DNA of 63,222 bases, filler included, from a bacterium (GTDB lineage Bacteria; JADJOY01): the NCBI GenBank assembly GCA_046331705.1. It is 3 parts of 3 records of this genome, joined end to end, with 100 filler letters (N's around TTAATTAATTAA, not from the genome) between each part and the next. Parts side by side here need not be neighbours in the genome. Positions count along the whole stretch, not along the records: positions 1 to 24,490 come from JAXLQJ010000082.1; 2 more parts are not named here. One strand, written 5' to 3'. The position numbers and the translations under genes were made by a program. Below the pieces are notes generated by a model, which did not search any database, was not told the DNA's origin, and saw only the letters and a program-made list of their open reading frames with translations. The number at the start of each line of letters is the position of its first letter. The stretch's first letter is position 1. This document shows, piece by piece, positions 1-9,350 of this stretch.

Positions 1-116
1 GTGCCCGTGAGGCCGAGCTCGTTTCGGAGCAGGTCCACGAGGGTCAGTCGCGGCTCCACGGTGGCTTCGTACTTGACGCCGTTGACCGTGAGCCGGATCG
101 AGCGTTTCGGGATCAT
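1..116 (-). CDS. (2Fe-2S) small subunit of a xanthine dehydrogenase/CoxS-family molybdoenzyme, 5' part only (runs off the window)
   Basis: Manual translation from ATG at 116: MIPKRSIRLTVNGVKYEATVEPRLTLVDLLRNELGLTG, a typical CoxS/XdhC N-terminus. Lies directly downstream of the FAD subunit. Not in the ORF track. Confidence 0.85.
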   Translation of the reverse strand, partial: MIPKRSIRLTVNGVKYEATVEPRLTLVDLLRNELGLTG

Positions 117-207
117 GGCTTGGCTCCGTTGCAGGCTGTGGCGGCGAGAGGCCGCCGCGCTCCATCCGGATGTGCGAGCGCAGGGACGCGGAGTGACGAC
201 TCCGCCT

Positions 208-1077
208 TCATCGCGCCGCTCGTGCGAACGCCTGGGGAAGGGCTCGGGCCGTGAGTGCCTGGGCCACGTGACGGCGGTACTCGGCGGTCGCGTGGACGTC
301 CGAGAGCGGCTCGTCGATGGCGTCGTCGACCCGGGCGGCCTCGGCGAAGAGCTTGTCGCTCGCCCTCGCACCGACGAGCGCGGCCTCCGCGGCGGAAGCG
401 CGAATGGGAGTCGAGCCGACGCCGAAGAGCACCACGCGCGCCGCGCTGCACGTGCCGCCGGGGTCGAGCGTGACGGTGGTGGTGACGCCGCACATGGCGA
501 AGTCGCCGTGGCGCCGCGCCACCTCTTCGAAGGCCCAGCCGGTACGCGCGGGCTGGGCCGGGAAGCGCACTTCGGCGAGCACCTCGGTCGTTTCCATCGA
601 GGTGGTCAGATACGTGACGAAGAAGTCGCGCGCCGCGATCTCGCGGGCGCCGTTCGGTCCCACCACGCGAAAGGTGGCGTCGAGCGCCAGTGCGACGGCG
701 GGGAGCTCGGCAGCGGGATCGGCGTGCGCGAGCGAGCCGCAGACCGTGCCCTGATTGCGGTTCTGCGGGTGGGCGATGTGGAGCATCGCCTCGTGGAGCA
801 GCGGCGTGGCGCGGGTGGCGAGGGGCGAGCGCTCGAGCGTGCGCTGTCGGGTCATCGCGCCGACCGCGATCGCTCCGTTCTCCTCGCGCACGTAGTCGAG
901 GGCCGGAACGCGGGCGATGTCCACCAGCAGCCGCGGCCGCGCGAGGCGCATGTTGAGCAGCGGCATGAGGCTCTGCCCGCCGGCCAGGATCTTGGCCTCG
1001 CCATCGGCGGCGGCGAGCAGGCTCGCGGCCTCGGCGAGCGACGCGGGGGCGGCGTAGTCGAACGGCGCTGGTTTCAT
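208..1077 (-). CDS. FAD-binding medium subunit of a xanthine dehydrogenase/CoxM-family molybdoenzyme
   Basis: MKPAPFDY start, AGGQSLMPLLNMR, RNQGTVCGSLAHADPAAELP, RRHGDFA and SDVHATAEYRR motifs of the CoxM family. Confidence 0.93.
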   Translation of the reverse strand: MKPAPFDYAAPASLAEAASLLAAADGEAKILAGGQSLMPLLNMRLARPRLLVDIARVPALDYVREENGAIAVGAMTRQRTLERSPLATRATPLLHEAMLHIAHPQNRNQGTVCGSLAHADPAAELPAVALALDATFRVVGPNGAREIAARDFFVTYLTTSMETTEVLAEVRFPAQPARTGWAFEEVARRHGDFAMCGVTTTVTLDPGGTCSAARVVLFGVGSTPIRASAAEAALVGARASDKLFAEAARVDDAIDEPLSDVHATAEYRRHVAQALTARALPQAFARAAR

Positions 1078-1132
1078 GCGAGCGGCCTCTCGTCGTGCGG
1101 CTCTCCCGGCGCGCGGGAAGAGCCTGGCACGT

Positions 1133-2026
1133 TCACTCCTTGGGCTTACCGAGCTCTTTCTCGTAGAGGTCGACGAGCGTCTCGCGGGCGCGCGCTTCGT
1201 CCTCGCGGATCTTCCAGAACTGCGGCGGACGCTTCTGCACGAAGGCGTTGCCGCCCTCCTTGCCTTCCGGCATGTCGAACCAATCGGGATAGAACTGGCT
1301 CGAGATCACGCCCATCTCGGCGTAACCGTCCATCTCCTGGTCGAACGCGGCCTTGAGGATCTCGAGGCAGCCGGGCGAGAGCGAGAGCATCTCCGCGCAC
1401 CACGCGAGGACCTCGGCGTCGAGGCGATCGGTCGGCACGACCTTGTTCACGAGCCCCATCGCGAGCGCCTCGTCCGCGGTGTAGCGGCGACACAGCATCC
1501 ACATCTCGCGCGCACGCTTCGCGCCGATCACCTTGGTGAGATACGGCACGAAGAAGCCGTCGGCGGGGCTCGACACCTTGGGGCCCGCTTGACCGAAGAT
1601 CGCGTCCTCGGCGGCGATGGTGAAGTCGCAGATGTAGGCCATGTGGTTGTGGCCGCCCAAGCAATAGCCCTGGACCGCGGCGATCACGGGCTTGCGCGAG
1701 AGGCGAACCAGGCGGTTGTGGGGATAGCGGTTGTAGAACGCCTCGCGCAGCCCCCACTTCTCCCATTCGACGTCGCCGCCGGCACCGAAATGCTTGCCGA
1801 CCCCGGCCACCACGATCACGCCGATCTTGGGGTCGTGGTTGGCGTCGTAGAACGCGCGGAACATCTGCTCCACCGTGCGCAACGTCATGGTGTTGAGCTT
1901 CTTGGGCTTGTTGCTCGACACCCGCGCCACGCCGCCTGCGAGGCCCGTGTGGAAGCACTTCTCGTAGAGGATCTCGTCGAAGTCGAGCCCGTCGCCTTCG
2001 ACCTTCGTCCAGGGTGTCCAGGTCAT
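1133..2026 (-). CDS. Crotonase-superfamily C-C hydrolase, BadI/MenB-like (beta-keto-acyl-CoA or beta-diketone ring hydrolase)
   Basis: FGAGGD oxyanion loop, KPVIAAVQGYCLGG, CDFTIAAEDAIFGQAGPKVSS, GAKRAREMWMLCRRYTA and EGKEGGNAFVQKRPPQF resemble the MenB/BadI subfamily. No men genes nearby. Confidence 0.8.
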   Translation of the reverse strand: MTWTPWTKVEGDGLDFDEILYEKCFHTGLAGGVARVSSNKPKKLNTMTLRTVEQMFRAFYDANHDPKIGVIVVAGVGKHFGAGGDVEWEKWGLREAFYNRYPHNRLVRLSRKPVIAAVQGYCLGGHNHMAYICDFTIAAEDAIFGQAGPKVSSPADGFFVPYLTKVIGAKRAREMWMLCRRYTADEALAMGLVNKVVPTDRLDAEVLAWCAEMLSLSPGCLEILKAAFDQEMDGYAEMGVISSQFYPDWFDMPEGKEGGNAFVQKRPPQFWKIREDEARARETLVDLYEKELGKPKE

Positions 2027-2204
2027 CGCGTTCCTCGATGTCTTTTCGGGGGGCTTTTCAAACCCCCCGCCCCGCGAAAGGCGTGACTTTCGTGGGGCCC
2101 CACCCCCGATGCGGCTCGCGTGGCTCGCCGCGGTGCCGCCGGCACCGGGCGGCAGGTGGAGCGCTCGGTTCCGAGGCTCGTCGATCTGCGCGCGTCCGGT
2201 CGAC

Positions 2205-2630
2205 TCATAGGGTGCCGATCACCCGTTTCGCGTTGGTCAGGAGCTTGGGCAAGTCCGCGCGGTCGATCGCCGTGAAACCGTCGGGCGGCGCGGCGAGCCC
2301 GAGGAGCGCCGACCAGAGCGGGCATGCGTAGAGCGCCACTCCCGCTTCGGAGGCCTGGCGCACGGTCGCGCGCGCGTCCAGGCGGCGGCCCTGGCCGCTT
2401 CCCGCCACGGGTACACCGAGCTGGGCGGCGCGGTCGCACATCGGGAAGCGAACCCCTTGCGGCGCCAGCTCGCGCGGCCACGCGAGCGTGCCGCCGGCGA
2501 GACCCGCGAGCGCCTCTTGCGTCACCAGCACGCCGACGCTGAGCCCGGATTGCTTGGCGTCGATCGCGGCCAGCATGCCGCCCATCACGGAGCTCGCCAG
2601 CGCGTCGCGCAGGATGATCAGGAGATCCAT
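2205..2630 (-). CDS. DsrE/DsrF-like (peroxiredoxin-family) small protein
   Basis: 141 aa. VGVLVTQEAL and ASEAGVALYACPLWS match the DsrE-fold pattern with its conserved Cys. Confidence 0.6.
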   Translation of the reverse strand: MDLLIILRDALASSVMGGMLAAIDAKQSGLSVGVLVTQEALAGLAGGTLAWPRELAPQGVRFPMCDRAAQLGVPVAGSGQGRRLDARATVRQASEAGVALYACPLWSALLGLAAPPDGFTAIDRADLPKLLTNAKRVIGTL

Positions 2631-2645
2631 GGATCGACCTCGGTT

Positions 2646-3860
2646 TCAGGCGGCTCGCGCCGCGGCGCGCGCGCCACGCACCGCCCCCTGACCCTCGAGC
2701 TCCGCGATCTCGGCGGCGCTGTAGCCGAGCTCCGCGAGCACCTCGTGGGTGTGCTGGCCGAGGACGGGCGGAGCGAGGCGCACGGAGCCCGGAGTGCCGT
2801 GGAGGTGGATCGGCACGCCGGTGACCTCGAGCGGCCCGACGGCCGCGTGGTCGACGGTGGCGACCATCTGGTTGTGGCGGACCTGGGGATCGCTCGCGAC
2901 CTCGGGCAGCGTCTGCACCGGCGCCACCAGCACGTCGGCGCCGATCAAGCGCTCCACCAGCTGCTGCCGCGTGAACGCACGGCAGCGCTCGGCGATGAGC
3001 GACTCGAGGACGTCCTGATTCGCCAGGCGTGCGTCGTTGCTGACGAAGCGCGGATCCTGGTGCCAGCTCACGTCGAGCGCCTTGCAGAGGTTGCGGAAGA
3101 ACTTGTCGGCGGGGCAGGTGAGGCAGATGCGCTGATCGTCGGCGGTGGCGAAGATGCCCGAGGGAGCGAAGTATTGGCTGCGGTTGCCGGTGCGGGGCAC
3201 GACCTCGCCGGCCAGGAAGTAGCTTCCCAGGAAGCTCGCCTGGCAGTGGACCGCGGCGTCGAGCAGCGAGATCTCGAGCCGTTGGCCTTCGCCCGTCCGG
3301 GTACGCGAGTGAAGCGCCGCCAAGACGCCCGACGAGACCAGCAGCGAGGTCATGACGTCGACGACGGGCACCGTCACGCGGATCGGCGCGCTGCCGGGAT
3401 CGCCCGTCTGCGCCACGATGCCGGCGTAGCCCTGCGCGAGGAAGTCGATGCCGGGACGACGCGCGTACGGCCCGTCGGGGCCGAAGGCGCTCACGCCCAC
3501 CCAGATCACGTCGGCGCGGTGCTGACGCACCTGCTCGTACGCGAGGCCCACCTTCGAGAGCGCCGGCTCGCGGATGTTGGTGATCAGGACGTCGGCGGTG
3601 GCCGCGAGCTTGGCGAACGCGGCGCGGCCGGCTTCCTTCGTGAGGTCGAGCACCACGCCGCGCTTGTTGCGATTCATGGACAGAAAGGGCGCGCGCTCGC
3701 CGTTCTTCTCCGGTCCGAGCAGCCGGCTGTCGTCGCCAACGGGCGATTCGACCTTGATGACGTCGGCGCCCAGATCTCCGAGGAGCGTCGCGCCGTAGGG
3801 CGCCGCGAGCATGGTGCCTGCATCGAGCACGCGGATGCCCGCGAGCGGCCCCGCGCTCAC
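2646..3860 (-). CDS. Class III CoA-transferase (CaiB/BaiF family)
   Basis: GTG start at 3860 overlaps the upstream TGA. GPLAGIRVLD, LGDLGADVIKVE, NRNKRGVVLDL, catalytic Asp in PVVDVMT, C-terminal APPVLGQHT. Confidence 0.92.
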   Translation of the reverse strand: MSAGPLAGIRVLDAGTMLAAPYGATLLGDLGADVIKVESPVGDDSRLLGPEKNGERAPFLSMNRNKRGVVLDLTKEAGRAAFAKLAATADVLITNIREPALSKVGLAYEQVRQHRADVIWVGVSAFGPDGPYARRPGIDFLAQGYAGIVAQTGDPGSAPIRVTVPVVDVMTSLLVSSGVLAALHSRTRTGEGQRLEISLLDAAVHCQASFLGSYFLAGEVVPRTGNRSQYFAPSGIFATADDQRICLTCPADKFFRNLCKALDVSWHQDPRFVSNDARLANQDVLESLIAERCRAFTRQQLVERLIGADVLVAPVQTLPEVASDPQVRHNQMVATVDHAAVGPLEVTGVPIHLHGTPGSVRLAPPVLGQHTHEVLAELGYSAAEIAELEGQGAVRGARAAARAA

Positions 3861-5071
3861 GGGATCACTCCCTGCTCCTTGAGCTCGCCGATCCGATCCC
3901 AGTCGTAGCCGAGGGTCTCGAACAGGATCATCTCGGTGTCCTGTCCGAGCTCGGGACCGAGCGTCTCGACGCGGCCGGGGGTCTTGCCGAGCGTCACCGG
4001 AAGGCCGCGCACCTTGACCTCGCGCTTGACTTCCTCGCAGTGGGCGGTGACGAAGTAGTCGTTCGCCCACGCCTGCGGATCTTGCGCGAGGTCGGCCAGG
4101 TTGGCGATGGGGCTGGAAGCGATCCCCGCGGCGCCGAGCCGTTGCGTCCACTCGGCGGCGGCTCCCTCGCGGAAGGTCGCGTCGAGGGCATCGACCAGCT
4201 CGGGGCCGTGGCGACGGCGCGTGGCGGCGCCCGTGAAGCGAGCGTCCGTTGCGAGCGCGTCGCTGCCGATCGCGCCGGCGAGCTTCGCGAAGGTCGCGTC
4301 GTCGTTCCTGGCGCACACGAAGATCCAGCGATCCTGCGCCGGGAACACGTTCCAGGTGGGGTTGTGCGCGTCGCGTCGCGAGACCTGACGCGAATGGCGC
4401 TCGGAGCGCCCCGCGAGGAAGCGCTGCAGGGTGGGCGCGGCGAGGAAGAGCTGCGAGCCGTAGAGCGAAGCGTCGAGGAACTGGCCCTTGCCGGTGCGCC
4501 GGCGCTGGTAGAGCGCCATCGCGATCGCGAACGCGGCCATCATCCCGCCGTAGGCGTCGCCCGAGCCCATGCCGAGATAGATCGGGGGCTCGCCGGGCTC
4601 GCCCAGCCGCGTCATGAGCCCGGTGAGCGCCTGCACCGTCATGTCGAACGACGGCTTGGTGTTGGTGCCGAAAGGGCCGTAGCCGGTGGTGGTGGCGTAG
4701 ACGAGCCTGGGATTGAGCGCGGCGAGCGCCTCGTAGCCGAGGCCGTAACGCTCCAGGTTGTCGTTGCCGACGTTCGACAGGAAGACGTCGGATTTCGCGA
4801 CGAGCTCGACGAGGAGCTCGCGCCCGGCGGGCTTCTTGAGATCGACGGCGAGGCTCTTCTTGTTGCGATTGATGACCAGGAAGTACTGATTCCAGTCGCC
4901 CACCGGCAGCGCCTTGATGCTGCGCACGCCGCGCCCTTGGTCGCCACCCTTGGGGTTCTCGACGTGGATGACCTCGGCGCCGAAGTCGGCGAGGTGCTGG
5001 GCCGCGACCGGCCCCTGGAACCAGACGGTGAGATCGACGACGCGGATCCCGTCGAGGGCGGACATGGTCAT
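3857..5071 (-). CDS. Class III CoA-transferase (CaiB/BaiF family)
   Basis: ATGA overlap with the upstream gene. ALDGIRVVDLTVWFQGP, NRNKKSLAVDLK, catalytic Asp in GSGDAYGG, GPELGQDT. Confidence 0.92.
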   Translation of the reverse strand: MTMSALDGIRVVDLTVWFQGPVAAQHLADFGAEVIHVENPKGGDQGRGVRSIKALPVGDWNQYFLVINRNKKSLAVDLKKPAGRELLVELVAKSDVFLSNVGNDNLERYGLGYEALAALNPRLVYATTTGYGPFGTNTKPSFDMTVQALTGLMTRLGEPGEPPIYLGMGSGDAYGGMMAAFAIAMALYQRRRTGKGQFLDASLYGSQLFLAAPTLQRFLAGRSERHSRQVSRRDAHNPTWNVFPAQDRWIFVCARNDDATFAKLAGAIGSDALATDARFTGAATRRRHGPELVDALDATFREGAAAEWTQRLGAAGIASSPIANLADLAQDPQAWANDYFVTAHCEEVKREVKVRGLPVTLGKTPGRVETLGPELGQDTEMILFETLGYDWDRIGELKEQGVIP

Positions 5072-6276
5072 GATCCGATGATGCCGCCGAGGCGTAGCTC
5101 GGCGATTCGCCGCTCGTCGAGGCCGAGGCGCTCGCGCAGCACTTGATCGGTGTGTTGGCCGGTGCACGGCGCGAGGGAACGCAGCCGCGCGGGGCTCTCG
5201 CTCGCGAAGATCGGGAAGCCGAGTGTCGCGACGCTGCCCACCCCGGGGCGGTCGAGGTCGAGCACGTAGCGGTTCTTGCGCGCGTCGGGATCGCTCGCCG
5301 GGAACGAGTAGTCCTCGATGATGTCGGCGGAGAGCTGCTTCGCGTCGAAGCCGCGCTTCCAGTGATCGGCATCGCGGGTGGCGAAGCGCTCTTCGAGAAC
5401 GCGCATCATCTCGAGCCGGCTGACGCCGCAGCGCTTCTCGTGGGTGTCGAAGCGTGGGTCGTGGCGATCGAGGCCCACCAGCTCCGAGAACGCCGGCCAC
5501 CAACGGTCGGTGTCGGGCATCGTGAGCGTGACCCAGCGGCCGTCCTTCGCGGGGTAGACGGTGCCGCTCATCGGGTTGCCTGCATCGAGGCGCGAGACCG
5601 GGTGGAGGAAGCGCTCGCCGCCCATCGCCAGAAACGCCTGCACGTCGAGGCTCGCGCCGTACATGTTGCCGGCGTAGAGCGAGGCGTCCACCGTCTGGCC
5701 TTCGCCGGACGCGTCGCGATGGATGAGCGCGGTCACGATGCCGAACCCCAGCATGGTGGCGGTGTACATGGCGCCGTGGCCGGCGTAGACGGGCGGTTTT
5801 CCGGGCTGTTGCAGGATGGGCATCATGCCGGTGCGCGCCGCCGCGAGCTCGTCGAGCGCAGGGAGCTCGGCATCCGGTCCCTTGGGCCCGAAGCCCGTGC
5901 CGCGGGCGTAGATCAGCTTGGGGTTGAGGGCGCCGAGCGACTCGGCGTCGAGGCCGTACGCGGCGAGCTCGCGCGCCGGCCAATCGGTGAGGAAGACGTC
6001 GGCGGTGCGCACCAGGTCGTGAAGCAGCGCTCGCCCCTCGGGACGAGCGAGATCGACGGCCAGCGCGCGCTTGTTGCGATGCACCAGCTCGGACTCGGGG
6101 TCCCAGCCGGGAAGGTCGCTGGGAGGCGCGTCGTCGGCGCGCCGCGGCACGGTGGCGGCGCGATCGTCGATGCGGATCACGTCGGCGCCGAAGTCCGCGA
6201 GAAAAACCGACGCGAGAGCGCTCCAGGGCTCGCTGGCGAGCTCGAGGATCACGACGTCGGCGAGCGCGGCGGTCAT
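5068..6276 (-). CDS. Class III CoA-transferase-like subunit (catalytic Asp apparently absent)
   Basis: LADFGADVIRID, HRNKRALAVDL and APCTGQHT. The segment equivalent to the Asp site reads YAGHGAMYTAT. Confidence 0.88.
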   Translation of the reverse strand: MTAALADVVILELASEPWSALASVFLADFGADVIRIDDRAATVPRRADDAPPSDLPGWDPESELVHRNKRALAVDLARPEGRALLHDLVRTADVFLTDWPARELAAYGLDAESLGALNPKLIYARGTGFGPKGPDAELPALDELAAARTGMMPILQQPGKPPVYAGHGAMYTATMLGFGIVTALIHRDASGEGQTVDASLYAGNMYGASLDVQAFLAMGGERFLHPVSRLDAGNPMSGTVYPAKDGRWVTLTMPDTDRWWPAFSELVGLDRHDPRFDTHEKRCGVSRLEMMRVLEERFATRDADHWKRGFDAKQLSADIIEDYSFPASDPDARKNRYVLDLDRPGVGSVATLGFPIFASESPARLRSLAPCTGQHTDQVLRERLGLDERRIAELRLGGIIGS

Positions 6277-6379
6277 GAGAGCTTCACTCGGTGGCCCGGC
6301 GAGGGGACGTGGCTCGGAGGCGTGCTCGATCGCTGCGGCAACGGCGCGCCACCCCTCCGAGGACCGGCGACCGCATCCG

Positions 6380-6922
6380 TCACTTCGACCAGGAACGGAC
6401 GGTATCGAGCGTCTTGTCCGCGAACTCGACCTCGTTCGGGAGCGGCTTGCCGAGCCAGTCGCGATAGAACGTGTCGAGATCGGGCAGGAACTCGAAGTCG
6501 GGCGGTGTGCCGCGCGGCACGGCTTCGACCTCGAGCTGGGTGCCGCAACCCGGGCAGTAGTACTCGCGGACCTGGGTCCACGCCGTGTCCGGCTGCTCGG
6601 TGCCGCGATAGACCTCGGCGAGCTTCTCCGGCGTGTCGCGCACGTGGATGAGCGCCGAGAGCTTCCAATTCACGCGGTAGTCGCCGAGCTCGTGGCCGCA
6701 GCGGCACTTCACGACGCGCGCGCGGCCCTTCTGCACGATGAAGAGGCTCGGCCCGAGCGGCAGCAAGATGCGATCGCTCCACGCGACCCGGCTCTGAAGG
6801 ATCTGGACCCACTTCTCGAAGCGGTCGGAGTCCTTCGAGTCCTTCATGATCTCCTGGACACGCGGCCAGGGGAGCTTGCCGTCGACCAGCTTCTCGATCT
6901 CGGTGATGTCGTAGGTCGGCAT
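6380..6922 (-). CDS. Acetone carboxylase gamma subunit-like protein (AcxC/ApcB family)
   Basis: IEKLVDGKLPW, KDSDRFEKWVQILQSRVAW, Zn ligands KCRCGH and REYYCPGCG, FLPDLDTFYRDWLG. Confidence 0.9.
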   Translation of the reverse strand: MPTYDITEIEKLVDGKLPWPRVQEIMKDSKDSDRFEKWVQILQSRVAWSDRILLPLGPSLFIVQKGRARVVKCRCGHELGDYRVNWKLSALIHVRDTPEKLAEVYRGTEQPDTAWTQVREYYCPGCGTQLEVEAVPRGTPPDFEFLPDLDTFYRDWLGKPLPNEVEFADKTLDTVRSWSK

Positions 6923-6965
6923 GGTTGGTTCCCGTCGAGCGCGCGGCGCGCGGCCGCGCGCGGAA

Positions 6966-9350
6966 TCAGAAGGAGAAGGTCTCCGGCAACTGCCAGAACG
7001 CCCGCAGCTCGGCGCCGAAATCCGGCGAGAGCTGCATCGACGTGCGCCACATCTCGGACACGGCGCTCGCCATGCCTTCCTTGGCCTCGACCTTCCGGCG
7101 CTCCTCTTTCCACCAATCCTTGAACGGCACGGCGCGCTTCTTCCGCGCCTCGCGGATCGCGGCGCGCTTGGCCTTGGTGGCGGCGGCGTCGATGGTCCAG
7201 GTCTTGGTGCTGGCGTCGAAGCTCGCCACCACGCCGTGGACGTCCTCGGCGATTCGCTGGCGTGTCCAGCCCTTGTCGAGGTCGGCGCGCACCATCTCGG
7301 GGTCGCGCTCCAGCGGATCGCCGAAGGCCTGCGCGCCGGAGATCGGGTGGATCACCAGGTCGTATTCGTGGAGCTGCTCCTTGGTGACGAACGGCGCCAC
7401 CTCGTTGGTGGCGACGAGCCGTGCCTCGATGTTCTTCTCGAGGTCGCCGTGCTCGGAGTCGCCACGCTCGTGGACCAGCGGACGCTGCTCGTCGATGAGC
7501 TGCTTGACGTTGGTGCCGGCGGCGTAGGCGGCGCGGTCCGGCCAGGTGGGGTAGGCGCCGAACATGCCGTGGTTGGGGAGCACCTTGCTGCGCATGCCCG
7601 CGCAGCCGCATTGGTACTCCACTCCCGGCGAGTTCTTGATCATCCACACGACGGTGTGGCCGAGCCCGCCGCGATAGGTCCCGTACCCACCCGAGTCCGG
7701 CTCCAGATTTCGACCGAGGTAGAGGATGGGGTAGTAGAGCTCGGTGATCTCGGCGTTACCGAAGTCGGCGTTGGCGGTGTAGATGCACCAGGCGCTGTTC
7801 TCGCCGTCGCCGATGGCCCGCGCCGGGGCGCCGTTCGAGGCCTGCTCCAGCGTGAGGCCGGCGCCGTACATGCCGTATTGATTGATGCCCGCGAACTCGG
7901 CGGTGAGCGTGGTGGCGGCGCCGGTCGCCACCTCCTCGACGAAGCCGCGCGAGTAGTAGAGCCGGCCGAACACCTCGTAGAGCGAGCTCAGCCACATCAC
8001 GGCCGGCGCCCAGGCAACGCCCGACGACGCGGCCCAGTTGACCGGGTAGGGGTTGGCCCACGAGCCGCCCGGCGGAGTATCGATGGTCCACGACGCCACC
8101 GACCCCCAGTTGAACATGTCGAAGCCGACGACGTGCGAATACGCCATGAGCACGCCCGAGAGAATCGCCGTGGGCGTGATGTTCTGACCGAAGGGCACCC
8201 ATCCCGAGGCGCCCGTGAGTGAGAACCGCACCCGTGCGTTGCCATCGATCTCGATGCGCATCGGCAGGTGGAAGAGGCAGTCCACGTTCTGCTGCGGCGT
8301 GAGCAGACGCTTGCCGGCCATCGCCAAGTCCTTGAACTGGGACTTGCGGATCAGACCAGGCACCGCCTGGCCGCGCACGCGGCCGGTGGCGTAGCGGCGA
8401 CTGTCCTCGATGTACTCGCGGGCCGCGTCCTCGAAGAAGTCGAGCCCGTATTTCTCGATGACCGCCGTGAGCCGTTCCTTGATCGTGAGGCAGCCCGCGA
8501 GCCGTCCGCGAGCGTCGCCCATGACCCAATCGGGCACGCGCGTGCGCGAGCGCATCCGCATCTCGTACCAGGGATAGAACGCGTTGTTCTCGCCGATGCG
8601 CTCCATCGTGACGGGGACGCCGTCCGAGTAGCAATCGGGATTGATGAAGCCGATCGAGCCGGGCAGCACGTAACCCGCGTCCATGGCGTGGGTGACCGCC
8701 GTGGCCCACGCGATGAGCCTGCCCTTGTAGAAGATCGGCATGGCCGTGTCGAAGTCGGCCGAGTGGATACCGCCGTAGTGCGGATCGTTGTTCTCGTAGA
8801 TGTCCCCGTCCTTGAAGCCGGGGTTCTCCTCGAAGCCGCTCTCGATCAGCGAGCGGATGAAGAGCGACAAGAGGCCGGGGTGCGCGGTGATGCCCCGCGA
8901 GGTGCAGATCGCCTCGCCGGTGGGCAGGTGCAAGCCCCACAGCGCGTCGCCGCCTTCCGCGGCGATGGGCGAGGCCGAGACCTTGCAGCCCACCGTCCAC
9001 GCCGCGTCGCAGAGGTTGAGCAGGATCTGCCACACCGCCTCGTACTGGCCGGGATCGGCCTCCTTGCGCGGCATGCGCTTCAAGCCGAAGAGGTGCCCGG
9101 TCTTCGCGAGCAGCCGATCGTTCTCGGCGAGCTCTTGGCGCAGCGTGCGGCGCGGTGCCGGCTTCGCGGAAGGCGCGCGCGCGGGTGTCTTGCGGGCCAC
9201 CGCCCTGCGCGTCTGCGCCTTGGGCGCCGGGGCCTTGCCGCGTGCCGCTGCAACCTTCTTGGCGCCCGCGGCCTTGGCGCCCTTCGCCAGTGGGCGCTTC
9301 GCCACCGCCTTCGCGGCGTTCTTCTTCGCCGACGCGGTCTTGGTGCTCAT
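6966..9350 (-). CDS. Acetone carboxylase alpha subunit-like protein (hydantoinase B/oxoprolinase family, AcxB-like)
   Basis: SASPIAAEGGD, GFEENPGFKDGDIYENNDPHYGGIHSAD, VTHAMDAG (metal-ligand His/Asp/His region), DSGGYGTYRGG and FGDPLERDP. Carries a Lys/Ala-rich N-terminal extension. Confidence 0.9.
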   Translation of the reverse strand: MSTKTASAKKNAAKAVAKRPLAKGAKAAGAKKVAAARGKAPAPKAQTRRAVARKTPARAPSAKPAPRRTLRQELAENDRLLAKTGHLFGLKRMPRKEADPGQYEAVWQILLNLCDAAWTVGCKVSASPIAAEGGDALWGLHLPTGEAICTSRGITAHPGLLSLFIRSLIESGFEENPGFKDGDIYENNDPHYGGIHSADFDTAMPIFYKGRLIAWATAVTHAMDAGYVLPGSIGFINPDCYSDGVPVTMERIGENNAFYPWYEMRMRSRTRVPDWVMGDARGRLAGCLTIKERLTAVIEKYGLDFFEDAAREYIEDSRRYATGRVRGQAVPGLIRKSQFKDLAMAGKRLLTPQQNVDCLFHLPMRIEIDGNARVRFSLTGASGWVPFGQNITPTAILSGVLMAYSHVVGFDMFNWGSVASWTIDTPPGGSWANPYPVNWAASSGVAWAPAVMWLSSLYEVFGRLYYSRGFVEEVATGAATTLTAEFAGINQYGMYGAGLTLEQASNGAPARAIGDGENSAWCIYTANADFGNAEITELYYPILYLGRNLEPDSGGYGTYRGGLGHTVVWMIKNSPGVEYQCGCAGMRSKVLPNHGMFGAYPTWPDRAAYAAGTNVKQLIDEQRPLVHERGDSEHGDLEKNIEARLVATNEVAPFVTKEQLHEYDLVIHPISGAQAFGDPLERDPEMVRADLDKGWTRQRIAEDVHGVVASFDASTKTWTIDAAATKAKRAAIREARKKRAVPFKDWWKEERRKVEAKEGMASAVSEMWRTSMQLSPDFGAELRAFWQLPETFSF

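Noticed and set aside
208-1077. Aerobic CO dehydrogenase (coxMSL/coxG)
   Set aside because: The large subunit with its diagnostic active-site motif is outside the window. CoxM/S/G homologs serve many Mo-hydroxylases.
1133-2026. Calling the crotonase menB
   Set aside because: No menaquinone genes are nearby and the context is catabolic, so a BadI-like hydrolase fits better.
2047-2069. Hairpin CGGGGGG-N9-CCCCCCG as a terminator
   Set aside because: No U-tract follows it on the coding (minus) strand and it sits about 20 nt before the next start. At most an mRNA-stabilising stem.
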